Shown: positions 10,901 to 17,259, numbered from the stretch's first letter. The stretch is DNA of 32,000 bases from Ktedonobacterales bacterium (GCA_030167145.1 CP126532.1:720001-752000), one strand, 5' to 3'. The notes: generated from the sequence alone by a model not told the origin. Numbers and translations are program-made.

Positions 10901-10956
10901 CGCGCTCCGCCGCGCGCATCGGCCTGGGCAATGCCCTGCGGCTGGGCGAAGACTAA
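7921..10956 (+). CDS. large FtsX-like ABC transporter permease (two FtsX/MacB-type membrane modules with large extracytoplasmic domains)
   Basis: The 1011-aa product has an N-terminal TM, a large hydrophilic domain and a TM cluster, and this arrangement is then repeated, ending in a C-terminal FtsX-like 3-4 TM bundle. An AGGAG RBS lies 9 nt before ATG 7921. ATG 8050 (MAALRLTRSL) is an alternative start. Confidence 0.85.
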   Translation: MRVDVARQSGARASGQPAHGGREPGQAAKLWSGGRAGPFSALRMAALRLTRSLSVALVVGLGILVAVVLICTVPLYNALTINLQLQHALSSGDPQARNIWIVTHNARISPDERSSINPLVTSLGQRYVTTFTSAQPTFYVTASRMSLLGATGQNYDAPGNSHPQLTFEAFDYATTAPHMRFLAGGPPQNAASGTAPQVIITKEMADGEHLKVGDTITGAQLLQRNPALTFTVVGIWQPVQENDPYWNGLTFHANGSDTAPAIYPVLITYDTFYTQLQAFASLNMQQNWIYYTRSQAITTSNMGTVSERIGELRSHLNGSVRTRLDVFDVGVLTRLDTTLADLQAQQSLLALPLYVIVAQLVGLALYFVSAMAGLLIDSQRNEIVTLKSRGGSGMQLVGTFTLQGALLALIAMVAGPFLAVALSLQLLRWFSPPGALSQGGVSPSYLAGIASPTTVLVPALIGALLGIGALAFAVWQSARLDVLAFRREQGRSTQVAFWRRYYLDLGLAALCLLGYLELSQFGGAQTRQSASGGGASPLLLLTPALLLVAGALIVLRVLPIAARVGSRIAARGRGPSSLLAFAQVERNPARYSRMTLLLVLAVGLGLFALTFDASLNRNVHDRAAYTVGSDLRLSEEFSLTQRDEQAFEPQVAKLPGVVALSPAYRTQATIAGGTANVQVDVLGIDPATFSQVASGVSWNDNYAGSTSLPSLLAGLRAHEHGTNAGTIQAPIWAMVSSVFAAQNSLKVGDKFTLGLSESAFSSVNCVVGAIVQDFPTLYPNRLPGSFVVADLRDYLAAIRANSAGSDAGQSTGPNEIWLRTTGNAADEQRLLAALPTPTQNSQEVLTLRQQEAKSQANPVGVGMRGLLLVGAVTAALLAVLGSLAQSVVATRQRERQFAVLRTLGMSRGQLSRQLLSEQTTVFGFGLVGGTLLGLALVTATLPFLQFSDSTVDPATMDPATLGVPSYQVTFDPRTLAMFYGVLLLAFLVTLLLAARSAARIGLGNALRLGED

Positions 10957-12032
10957 TCAGCGGGAGCGGAACTGCCGCCTTTTTGCCACGAGACGAACAG
11001 GATGCCCACTGCCAGGACGCCACCGCCGAGCCAGAAACCGGGCGGAAGCGGCTCATGCAGTAGCAGCCCGCTCAGCAGGCCGCCGACCACCGGCTGCGCA
11101 AAGAAGAACACGGCAGCCACGCCCGCCGCCAGCTTGGCGACGCCGCGATACCAGAGCCACCAGGCTAGCGCGGTCGCGCCCCAGCCGAGATAGAGCACGG
11201 CGGCGACCGAGCCGGGAGTGAGCGCGAGCGGCGGCGCGTTCTGGGGGCGCAAGGCCAGCTCCACCGCGGCCAGCGGCACGAGCAGCGGGATGCACCAGAG
11301 CGTTGCGGCGGTGGAGGCGGCGAGCGCGGAGAAGCGCCGGACCAGTGGCGCGCCGACGACCGTGAAGAGCGCCCAGAACAGCGCGGAGAGCAGCAGCAGG
11401 CCGTCACCGAGCAGCGATGAATCGGCATGCGCGCCCACATCTTGCGAGGCGACGACGATGGCGACACCAGCGAGCGCCAGCAGCATGCCCAGCGCAATAC
11501 GCCAGGTGGGGCGCTCGCCGAGCAGCAGCCAGGCCAGCGGGACGATGAACACAGGCGTCACCGTGGTGAGCAGCGCGCCGTCATGCGCGCTGGCCAGGCT
11601 CGTGCCCAGGAATTGCGCCAGGATGCACCCCGCGACGAGCACCCCGCAGACGAAGGCGCGCAGGTGGTCCGCCCGCTGCCAGGGTTCGCCCGCGCTGACA
11701 GACACGAATGTCTGTCCTACCTGTGGTGCGAATGTTTGTCCTCCTAGTGGTGGGGCGGACATTCCTGTCTGCCCGGCTGATGGGGCGGACATTGCTGTCT
11801 GCCTGCCACGGCGCGCGACGAGCCGCACGGCAAGGGTCAGCGTCAGTCCGCCGACAATGACCCGTAGCGCACCAAGCGTGACCGGCGGAATCGCCCCGAA
11901 GCTGGCGCGGCTGACGACATACATCCCACCCCACAGGCACGACGCCAGCAGCGGATCTAGCCCAGCGCGGAAAGACAAGGCTGCTGAATGCTTCGCACGA
12001 TCTGTCGTGATGGCTTTACTAGGCTGCGACAT
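10953..12032 (-). CDS. EamA/DMT family transporter carrying an in-frame repeat insertion in the TM2-TM3 loop
   Basis: The product has ten hydrophobic segments in two EamA-like halves (e.g. LLGERPTWRIALGMLLALAGV). I chose the ATG at 12032 (MSQPSK...), because the longer track ORF (to 12128) would overlap most of the zinc-ribbon gene. Its stop codon overlaps the stop of the convergent FtsX gene. Confidence 0.85.
   Translation of the reverse strand: MSQPSKAITTDRAKHSAALSFRAGLDPLLASCLWGGMYVVSRASFGAIPPVTLGALRVIVGGLTLTLAVRLVARRGRQTAMSAPSAGQTGMSAPPLGGQTFAPQVGQTFVSVSAGEPWQRADHLRAFVCGVLVAGCILAQFLGTSLASAHDGALLTTVTPVFIVPLAWLLLGERPTWRIALGMLLALAGVAIVVASQDVGAHADSSLLGDGLLLLSALFWALFTVVGAPLVRRFSALAASTAATLWCIPLLVPLAAVELALRPQNAPPLALTPGSVAAVLYLGWGATALAWWLWYRGVAKLAAGVAAVFFFAQPVVGGLLSGLLLHEPLPPGFWLGGGVLAVGILFVSWQKGGSSAPAD
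11697..11806 (-). repeat. four tandem copies (27-30 bp period) of a short hairpin module inside the EamA coding sequence
   Basis: Plus-strand hairpins are GACAGACAcgaaTGTCTGTC (11697-11716), GGCGGACAttccTGTCTGCC (11754-11773) and GGCGGACAttgcTGTCTGCC (11784-11803), with a degenerate copy at 11717-11744. On the gene strand they read GGCAGACA-GNAA/TTCG-TGTCCGCCCCAYCA. This is the same module as at 14031-14058 and 14086-14113. Confidence 0.85.
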
Positions 12033-12246
12033 ACTGGCGAATATCCACTTGCACCCCCGCGCGAGCAGAGTCATTGACGAGGTCGAGGAGTCGCGCGGCA
12101 GTATCTTCCTCAATGTATGCCTCGCCACAATTGTCGCAGACTCGTGCAGGCACGTTCTTGATAACCAGGGTCATTCCGTCACGTTCAAGCGTGATGGTTG
12201 TGGTTCCTGGCGCTGTTTCCCCTTGCTTGCAAATGACACATCTCAT
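12019..12246 (-). CDS. YgiT-type zinc-ribbon protein (MqsA N-terminal-domain-like, no HTH domain)
   Basis: MRCVICKQGE...TITLERDG..LVIKNVPARVCDNCGEAYIEEDTAARL matches the YgiT-type zinc finger pattern (CxxC ... CxxC). A perfect AGGAGG RBS lies 7 nt upstream of the ATG at 12246. Confidence 0.8.
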   Translation of the reverse strand: MRCVICKQGETAPGTTTITLERDGMTLVIKNVPARVCDNCGEAYIEEDTAARLLDLVNDSARAGVQVDIRQYVAA

Positions 12247-12256
12247 GGTAATCCTC

Positions 12257-13663
12257 CTATGATTCACCTGTCAGCAGGGACTGGACCGCCGCGACAGTCT
12301 CGGAGCGCGGGACGATGCGCTGCGCTCCGGCGCGCAGGTCGCGCAACGCAACGGTATCGTTGGCAAGCTCGTCAGGGCCGAGGATGAGCGCGAGCGGAAT
12401 GCCTTTCTTGCTGGCAAAGGTGAGTTGCGGGCGCAGGTCCTTCGGCTCGGTGTAGACCTCGGTGCGGATGCCAGCGGCGCGTAGCTCGGTGGCGAGCGCG
12501 AACGAGGACGCGAGCGTCTCAGCAGCGAAGAGCGTCACCAGCGCCTGGGTGGTGGTCGTCACCTCGTCGCGCGCTAGCTCCTGCTCGTCCAGCGCGTCGA
12601 AGATACGTTCCAGGCCAAAGGAAATGCCGACGCATGGCAGATCGCGACCCAGGAACATGCCGATGAGCTGGTCGTAGCGCCCACCGCCGCCGAGGCTGCC
12701 GAGCGTGGAGTTGGTGAGCACCGTTTCGTAGATCGTGCCGGTGTAGTAGCCGAGGCCGCGCACTACGGACAGGTCGAAGCGCAGCCGCTCAGCGGGCACC
12801 CCCATATCCGCGAGATAGCCAAAGACCTGAGCTAGCTCGTCCAGCGCCTGCGCGCCCATGGGGTTGCTGCCGACGATGGGGCGCAGCGATTCGATGATCG
12901 TCTCAGGTGTGCCGGTGAGGCCCATCGCCTGCGTCAGCCGGTCTACGGCAGCGTCGCTCAAGCTGGCTTTGCTCAGTTCGGTGCGCACACCATCCAGCCC
13001 AATCTTATCGAGCTTATCCATCGTGGTGAGGGTGGCGACGTACTGCTCTTCGGGCACGTCGCAGGTGGCCATCAGCGCGGCCAGCAGCCCCCGATGATTG
13101 ATGCGCGTGACGACGCCGCTGAAACCAAGCGCGGCAAAGACTTCCTGGTGAATGGCGACCATCTCCGCGTCTACGGTCATCGAGCGACTCCCCACGCAAT
13201 CTACGTCGCACTGGTAGAACTCGCGGTAGCGGCCCCGTTGTGGTTTGTCGGCCCGCCAGACGGGTTGCATCTGGTAGCGGCGGAAAGGTAGCACAATGTC
13301 GTTCTGGTGCGCGGCGATCACCCGCGCGAACGGCACGGTGAGGTCGTAGCGCAGGGCTTCGTCCGAGAGTGCGCGCGACATCGCGGCAGTGGAGCGCTCA
13401 CCCAGAGAGAGAGCGTCGAGCGCACGGACGCCGGATTCTAACTCTCGGCCCCGCTTGAGGATACGGAAGAGCAGCCGGTCGCCCTCCTCGCCATATTTGC
13501 CTTCGAGGACGCTGGTGTTTTCGATGGAGGGCGTCTCTAGCGGTTCGAAGCCGTAGCGCTCGAAAGTCGCGCGCAACAGGGCGAAGACGCGGTTGCGGCG
13601 CACGAGGTCGCGTGGGAGAAAATCACGAGTGCCACGAGCGTTGACGGGAGCGATGCGTGCCAT
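12257..13663 (-). CDS. hisS: histidine--tRNA ligase
   Basis: Class II aaRS/HisRS motifs are present: RGTRDFLP near the N-terminus, LRYDLTVPFAR, FRRYQMQPVWRADKPQRGRYREFYQCD and GGGGRYDQL. I placed the start at MARIAP (13663); the track ORF extends to 13714. Confidence 0.95.
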   Translation of the reverse strand: MARIAPVNARGTRDFLPRDLVRRNRVFALLRATFERYGFEPLETPSIENTSVLEGKYGEEGDRLLFRILKRGRELESGVRALDALSLGERSTAAMSRALSDEALRYDLTVPFARVIAAHQNDIVLPFRRYQMQPVWRADKPQRGRYREFYQCDVDCVGSRSMTVDAEMVAIHQEVFAALGFSGVVTRINHRGLLAALMATCDVPEEQYVATLTTMDKLDKIGLDGVRTELSKASLSDAAVDRLTQAMGLTGTPETIIESLRPIVGSNPMGAQALDELAQVFGYLADMGVPAERLRFDLSVVRGLGYYTGTIYETVLTNSTLGSLGGGGRYDQLIGMFLGRDLPCVGISFGLERIFDALDEQELARDEVTTTTQALVTLFAAETLASSFALATELRAAGIRTEVYTEPKDLRPQLTFASKKGIPLALILGPDELANDTVALRDLRAGAQRIVPRSETVAAVQSLLTGES

Positions 13664-13742
13664 GATGGTGTATCCTTCATCCCTTGTTGGGAGCCTACTA
13701 GCTGATTCGAGCAAGTCTCACCAGCATATCATACAAACGGAC

Positions 13743-14171
13743 AGTGGCCGATGTGGCCGGAGTTGCCGATTCTGCCGATTTTCGCGTGAGGGCAGTTGCC
13801 GATTCTGCCGATTTGGCGATGATGTTGACCAGATGTGACGGGATAGTTGTCGCCGTTTTCGCCGCGAATTTGAGTCGCCGCAGTTGCCGATTCTGCCGAA
13901 ATGTGCGGTTGCAGCGGAGGGCGAAGTGGGTGGTGTAGGAAGCTCTCGGCCTGAAGGCCGCGGGTAATCCCGTGCGGTTGTGAGTGGCAACATGGCGAGG
14001 CAGTTGCCGATTCTGCCGATTTTCGCGCGAGGGCAGACAGAAATGTCTGCCCCACCAGTGGCCGATTCTGCCGATTTTCGCGTGAGGGCAGACAGAAATG
14101 TCTGCCCCACCAGTGGCCGACGTGGCCAGTTATTTTGGATTGCGAATCGAGGTAGTTGCCGATTCTGCCGA
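13743..14171 (+). repeat. composite direct-repeat array (33-bp unit, some units expanded to 55 bp by a 22-bp hairpin module)
   Basis: The box AGTTGCCGATTCTGCCGA (or AGTGGCCG...) starts at 13761, 13794, 13882, 14002, 14057 and 14154, with degenerate copies CAGTGGCCGAYGTGGCC at 13743 and 14111. All copies have the same orientation. The hairpin GGGCAGACA-GAAA-TGTCTGCCC occurs at 14031-14052 and 14086-14107. Confidence 0.9.
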
Positions 14172-14228
14172 AATGTGGGAACGGGTGCGAGTGTGAACAT
14201 GATGGGTGTCTCCAGATAGGCATAGAGA

Positions 14229-14270
14229 AAGGCGCCGCGACCTCCGTGAACGGGAGATGCGCGGCGCCTT
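14229..14270 (-). terminator. intrinsic terminator of the 14332..15093 gene
   Basis: A perfect 11-bp stem pairs AAGGCGCCGCG (14229-14239) with CGCGGCGCCTT (14260-14270). On the minus strand it is followed by TTTCTCT, and it lies about 60 nt downstream of the stop codon. Confidence 0.65.
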
Positions 14271-14331
14271 GATTCAGGCTCACCGTGCCTAGACTATAGA
14301 ACATGCGTGTTATTCATGCAATGGTGAGCGG

Positions 14332-15093
14332 TCAGCGCACATAGGCGATCTCCGGTTCGAGGACGTGCATATGATGGGCGTGCTGGTCTACGCCATCGTC
14401 CTCGTGCGTATGCAGTGCGGCGGGGCGGTGGATAGTGACGTGGATGCCGTCTATGAGGCGGCCATGCACGGTGGCTTCGAGCGCACGAATGGCGTTGATG
14501 CCGTCGGGATGGGTAGCGCGCAGGCGTAGCTCGGCGTCCACTTCTTCACCGGCTTCGAGCCACACGGGCTGCCCAGCGGCAACCGGACGTCCGCGTACCA
14601 GAATTTCGGCGGCGAGCGCGCCGGGCTGTGTGCCGCCGAAGCTGAGGACTATGGGCGCGCGTTCCGGCTCAGGGTTCCCCAAGCGGAAAGGCACAGGCCA
14701 CAGATCTTCGTTGGCGGCGGCTTCGATGACATGCAGATTGCGCCCGACGTGCAGCGCCTCAGTCTGCCCACGCACCGAGATGGTGGCGCGCACGCAGCGA
14801 TGCCCGCCCTGAGTGGGGGTCCACTGTATCGTGGCTGTTTTGATGTGGTCGGGCGCTGCGGGGAGGGTGATCGGGCCGATGGAAGGAAGCTCTTCCCAGC
14901 CGACGCCGATGCCAAACTGCGCGACGCGCACGGCGATACGCTCGACCACGAGATCATCCGGCCCGGGGTTCATCAGCGGGAAGCCAATGGTGGCGGTTTC
15001 GCCGACGCGCGGGGGATCGGGGGTAATGGCGATACAGCCCCAGGCATACGGACGGCTACGAGACGGAACATTGGGGATGATGGCTGCCTGCAT
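14332..15093 (-). CDS. hypothetical protein, probably two beta-sandwich (CARDB/Ig-like) modules with a His/Asp-rich C-terminus
   Basis: The ATG at 15093 (MQAAIIPN...) has a GGAGG RBS 8 nt upstream. There is no signal peptide or TM segment. PPRVGETATIGFPLMNPGPDDL...TATIQWTP resembles CARDB-type strands, and the C-terminus reads HTHEDDGVDQHAHHMH. No confident family assignment is possible. Confidence 0.6.
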   Translation of the reverse strand: MQAAIIPNVPSRSRPYAWGCIAITPDPPRVGETATIGFPLMNPGPDDLVVERIAVRVAQFGIGVGWEELPSIGPITLPAAPDHIKTATIQWTPTQGGHRCVRATISVRGQTEALHVGRNLHVIEAAANEDLWPVPFRLGNPEPERAPIVLSFGGTQPGALAAEILVRGRPVAAGQPVWLEAGEEVDAELRLRATHPDGINAIRALEATVHGRLIDGIHVTIHRPAALHTHEDDGVDQHAHHMHVLEPEIAYVR

Positions 15094-15287
15094 AGATGTG
15101 CCTCCGGGTTCGCTCGCGAGGGATAGAATTTGCCAAGCATTAGTATATGCTTGTATCATACGTCAACCGCAAGCACAGCAATAGTTGTGCCGGAAGACTA
15201 CGTGAAAGTGCATAATCGTGGGTAGAGGCAGTGCGGTAGAGCGAGACTTCTCAGTCTGTGCGGACCTTGCACATCTGTTATGACATG

Positions 15288-15707
15288 CTAGGAGTTGGTT
15301 GATTCGGCCCGCGCCGCGCCACTGATCCAGAGCGCGCATTGCTCCATGGTGAGGCAGCCACAGCGCAACCCCTCGCGTAGCAGACCTTGCATAGTTCGTA
15401 TACGTGTGAGTTGCGCCTCCAACTCGTCTAGCTTCCGTTGGGCCAGCGCCCCCCACCGCTCCGCTGGCGGCGTGCCGACCACAAAGCCGAAGAATAGCTC
15501 TCGGATCTCGCCCAGCGTGAAGCCTGCCTGCTGGGCGCGCTCGATCACGGCCAGACGCTGTAACGCGCTGGCATCGTAGAGACGTCGCCCATTGGCCCGC
15601 GTGGGTGATGGCAACAGGCCGATGGATTCGTAGTAGCGGATCGTTGGGGTTGTCGTGCCTGCCCGGCGCGCAACCTCGCCAATCGCCATGTCAGCCGCCA
15701 TAATCAT
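15288..15707 (-). CDS. MerR family transcriptional regulator (C-terminal CxCx5C motif)
   Basis: It has the HTH segment IGEVARRAGTTTPTIRYYESIGLL, a coiled-coil dimerisation helix and the C-terminal motif RCGCLTMEQC. The start is ambiguous among the ATGs at 15707, 15701 and 15689. Confidence 0.9.
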   Translation of the reverse strand: MIMAADMAIGEVARRAGTTTPTIRYYESIGLLPSPTRANGRRLYDASALQRLAVIERAQQAGFTLGEIRELFFGFVVGTPPAERWGALAQRKLDELEAQLTRIRTMQGLLREGLRCGCLTMEQCALWISGAARAESTNS

Positions 15708-15736
15708 CGCCTTTCGGTCAAATTTCTCTCCACCTC

Positions 15737-15768
15737 TTGACTTCAAGTACACTTGAAGAGTGTACGCT
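15737..15768 (+). promoter_or_regulatory. MerR-type promoter/operator: -35 TTGACT, long spacer containing a perfect inverted repeat, -10 TACGCT
   Basis: TTGACT lies at 15737-15742 and TACGCT at 15763-15768, giving a 20-nt spacer. The palindrome CTTCAAGT-AC-ACTTGAAG (15741-15758) sits in the spacer. The site lies between the MerR gene and the divergent 15848 gene. Confidence 0.6.
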
Positions 15769-15847
15769 CCGGCACAAGGAGAAAGCTACTCCCCCAAGTG
15801 AGTTCATCCCGTTCGGGGCACATCCCGTTCGGGGAAAGGAGCGAACG

Positions 15848-16213
15848 ATGGCGAATACCGATGGTGCTGCCAGTGTCACTTCCGTGACGACCGAAGCACC
15901 CGACCTCCCGATTGCATGCAACCTCACGGCCAGCGAACTGCGTGCGCGCGGTGACGAGATTGCGTCGCTCTTCGACCATGTGCTACATATGCGCGAGCTG
16001 CCAGACGGCTATAGTTTCGCGTTTCCGGGCGAGACCAGTCAGGCGCAGGCTCTGCTCGACTTCATCATCACCGAGCGCGCCTGCTGTCCTTTCTTCACAT
16101 TCGAACTAACCTTCCCCTCGCCACATCAGGCCGTGTGGCTGGACGTACGAGGCGGCGTAGGCGTCAAGGACTTCGTGCGCGACACCCTTGTAGCCAAGCT
16201 CGCCGCGAATTAG
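15848..16213 (+). CDS. hypothetical small cysteine-motif protein (..IACNL.., ..ERACCPFF..) divergent from MerR
   Basis: The ATG at 15848 has an AAAGGAG RBS. The 121-aa soluble protein has a vicinal CC motif. The track ORF start at 15737 coincides with the promoter -35 element and is rejected. Confidence 0.65.
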   Translation: MANTDGAASVTSVTTEAPDLPIACNLTASELRARGDEIASLFDHVLHMRELPDGYSFAFPGETSQAQALLDFIITERACCPFFTFELTFPSPHQAVWLDVRGGVGVKDFVRDTLVAKLAAN

Positions 16214-16360
16214 CTGCCAATGTTGGCAACCGGACAAATGACTCATTGGGTCAGGAGGCGCCCAAACGCACAGAGCAAAGCGAGGCCATCACTCGTGACG
16301 ACCTCGCTTGGAAGCTGGGACCAGTTTCCAGCGCCTCGCTCGCTCACGCGAGCGCACCTG

Positions 16361-17239
16361 CTACCTCTGCGCGGCGGTGGCGGCGGCCTGGGCCAGCGCG
16401 CGTTTGGCCAGCACACGCGTCAGGTGCGCGCGATACTCGCCACTGGCATACGGATCGCTCATCAGGTCGAGGCCATCGGCGGCGTTGGCGCAGGCTGCGG
16501 TGAGCGTCGCGTCGTCGAGCCGCTTGCCGGTGAGCGCCTGCTCCACACCTGCAGCGCGCGTGGCATGCGTGCCCGCGCCGGTAATGCCCACGTGCGCCGC
16601 GCGACACGTGCCGTCATCATTAAGCCAGACCGCCGCCGCCACCCCGACGATGGCATAGCCGCTGGCGGGATGCCGGTGCTTCACGTAGGCTGTGCCCGCA
16701 TGCGGTGCATCCGTCGCGTGGAACCGCACGGCGGTCAGCACTTCCGCTGGCTGGAGCGCGGTGGTCATCAGATCCACGAAGAACGCGGTGGCAGGGATGC
16801 TGCGCGAGCCGCTGGGGCCAGTGGCGCGTAGCTCCGCATCCACTGCCAGCGCCACGGCGGGTAGGTCGCCTGCCGGGTCGGCATGGGCCAGGCTGCCGCC
16901 AATCGTCCCACGCGCACGCACCTGAGGGTCGCCGACCTGGCTCACCGCCTGGATCACCAGCGGGCAGCGTTTCTGCACCAACGGCGAGTTAACGGCCTGG
17001 AAGTAGGTCGTCGCCGCGCCAATCACCACGCCATCGCCATCATCGGTGATGCCGTGCAGTTCAGGAATCTTGCTCACGTCCACCAGGGCGCCGATCTCGG
17101 TCATCCGCAGCTTGAGCAGCGGAATCAAGCTTTGTCCGCCAGCCACCAGCTTGACCTCGCCCTCTGGCTGGCTCTGCAACAGCGCCAGCGCCTCGGCCAG
17201 GGAGGCCGGCGCAGCATACGAAAAGTCTTTCGCAAACAT
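16361..17239 (-). CDS. xanthine dehydrogenase-family FAD-binding (medium) subunit, CoxM/CutM-like
   Basis: KLVAGGQSLIPLLKLR and GTIGGSLAHADPAGD are FAD-binding domain motifs of the medium subunit. A GGAGGG RBS precedes the start. It follows the large-subunit gene after a 20-nt gap. Confidence 0.9.
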   Translation of the reverse strand: MFAKDFSYAAPASLAEALALLQSQPEGEVKLVAGGQSLIPLLKLRMTEIGALVDVSKIPELHGITDDGDGVVIGAATTYFQAVNSPLVQKRCPLVIQAVSQVGDPQVRARGTIGGSLAHADPAGDLPAVALAVDAELRATGPSGSRSIPATAFFVDLMTTALQPAEVLTAVRFHATDAPHAGTAYVKHRHPASGYAIVGVAAAVWLNDDGTCRAAHVGITGAGTHATRAAGVEQALTGKRLDDATLTAACANAADGLDLMSDPYASGEYRAHLTRVLAKRALAQAAATAAQR

Positions 17240-17259
17240 CGCTTTGTTCCCTCCTCAGC

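Noticed and set aside
13743-14171. CRISPR array interpretation of the hisS-upstream repeats
   Set aside because: The repeats are not separated by unique spacers of uniform length. Units are 33 or 55 bp tandem copies with irregular gaps of 33, 88, 120, 55, 55 and 42 bp between box starts. No cas genes or leader-like organisation are present in the window.
13664-14228. T-box leader regulating hisS
   Set aside because: I read the minus strand of the whole leader and found no T-box consensus (AGGGTGGNACCGCG-like) and no specifier-loop or antiterminator arrangement.
13718-14304. Track ORFs inside the repeat array (13718..14200 -, 13729..14304 -, 13980..14219 +) as protein genes
   Set aside because: Their translations are simply reiterations of the DNA repeats (FGRIGNC, RENRQNRQL, GQTEMSAPP). 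They overlap each other in several frames, lack RBSs, and one runs through the terminator hairpin at 14229-14270.
15737-15847. Track ORF start at 15737 (TTG) for the small cysteine protein
   Set aside because: The TTG is the first half of the -35 hexamer TTGACT of the MerR-type promoter. ATG 15848 has a proper AAAGGAG RBS.
16278-16309. Hairpin AAGCGAGG-N16-CCTCGCTT as a terminator between the convergent small-protein and coxM-like genes
   Set aside because: It has an 8-bp stem with a large 16-nt loop and only a weak T-rich tail on the minus strand. This is not convincing enough to annotate.
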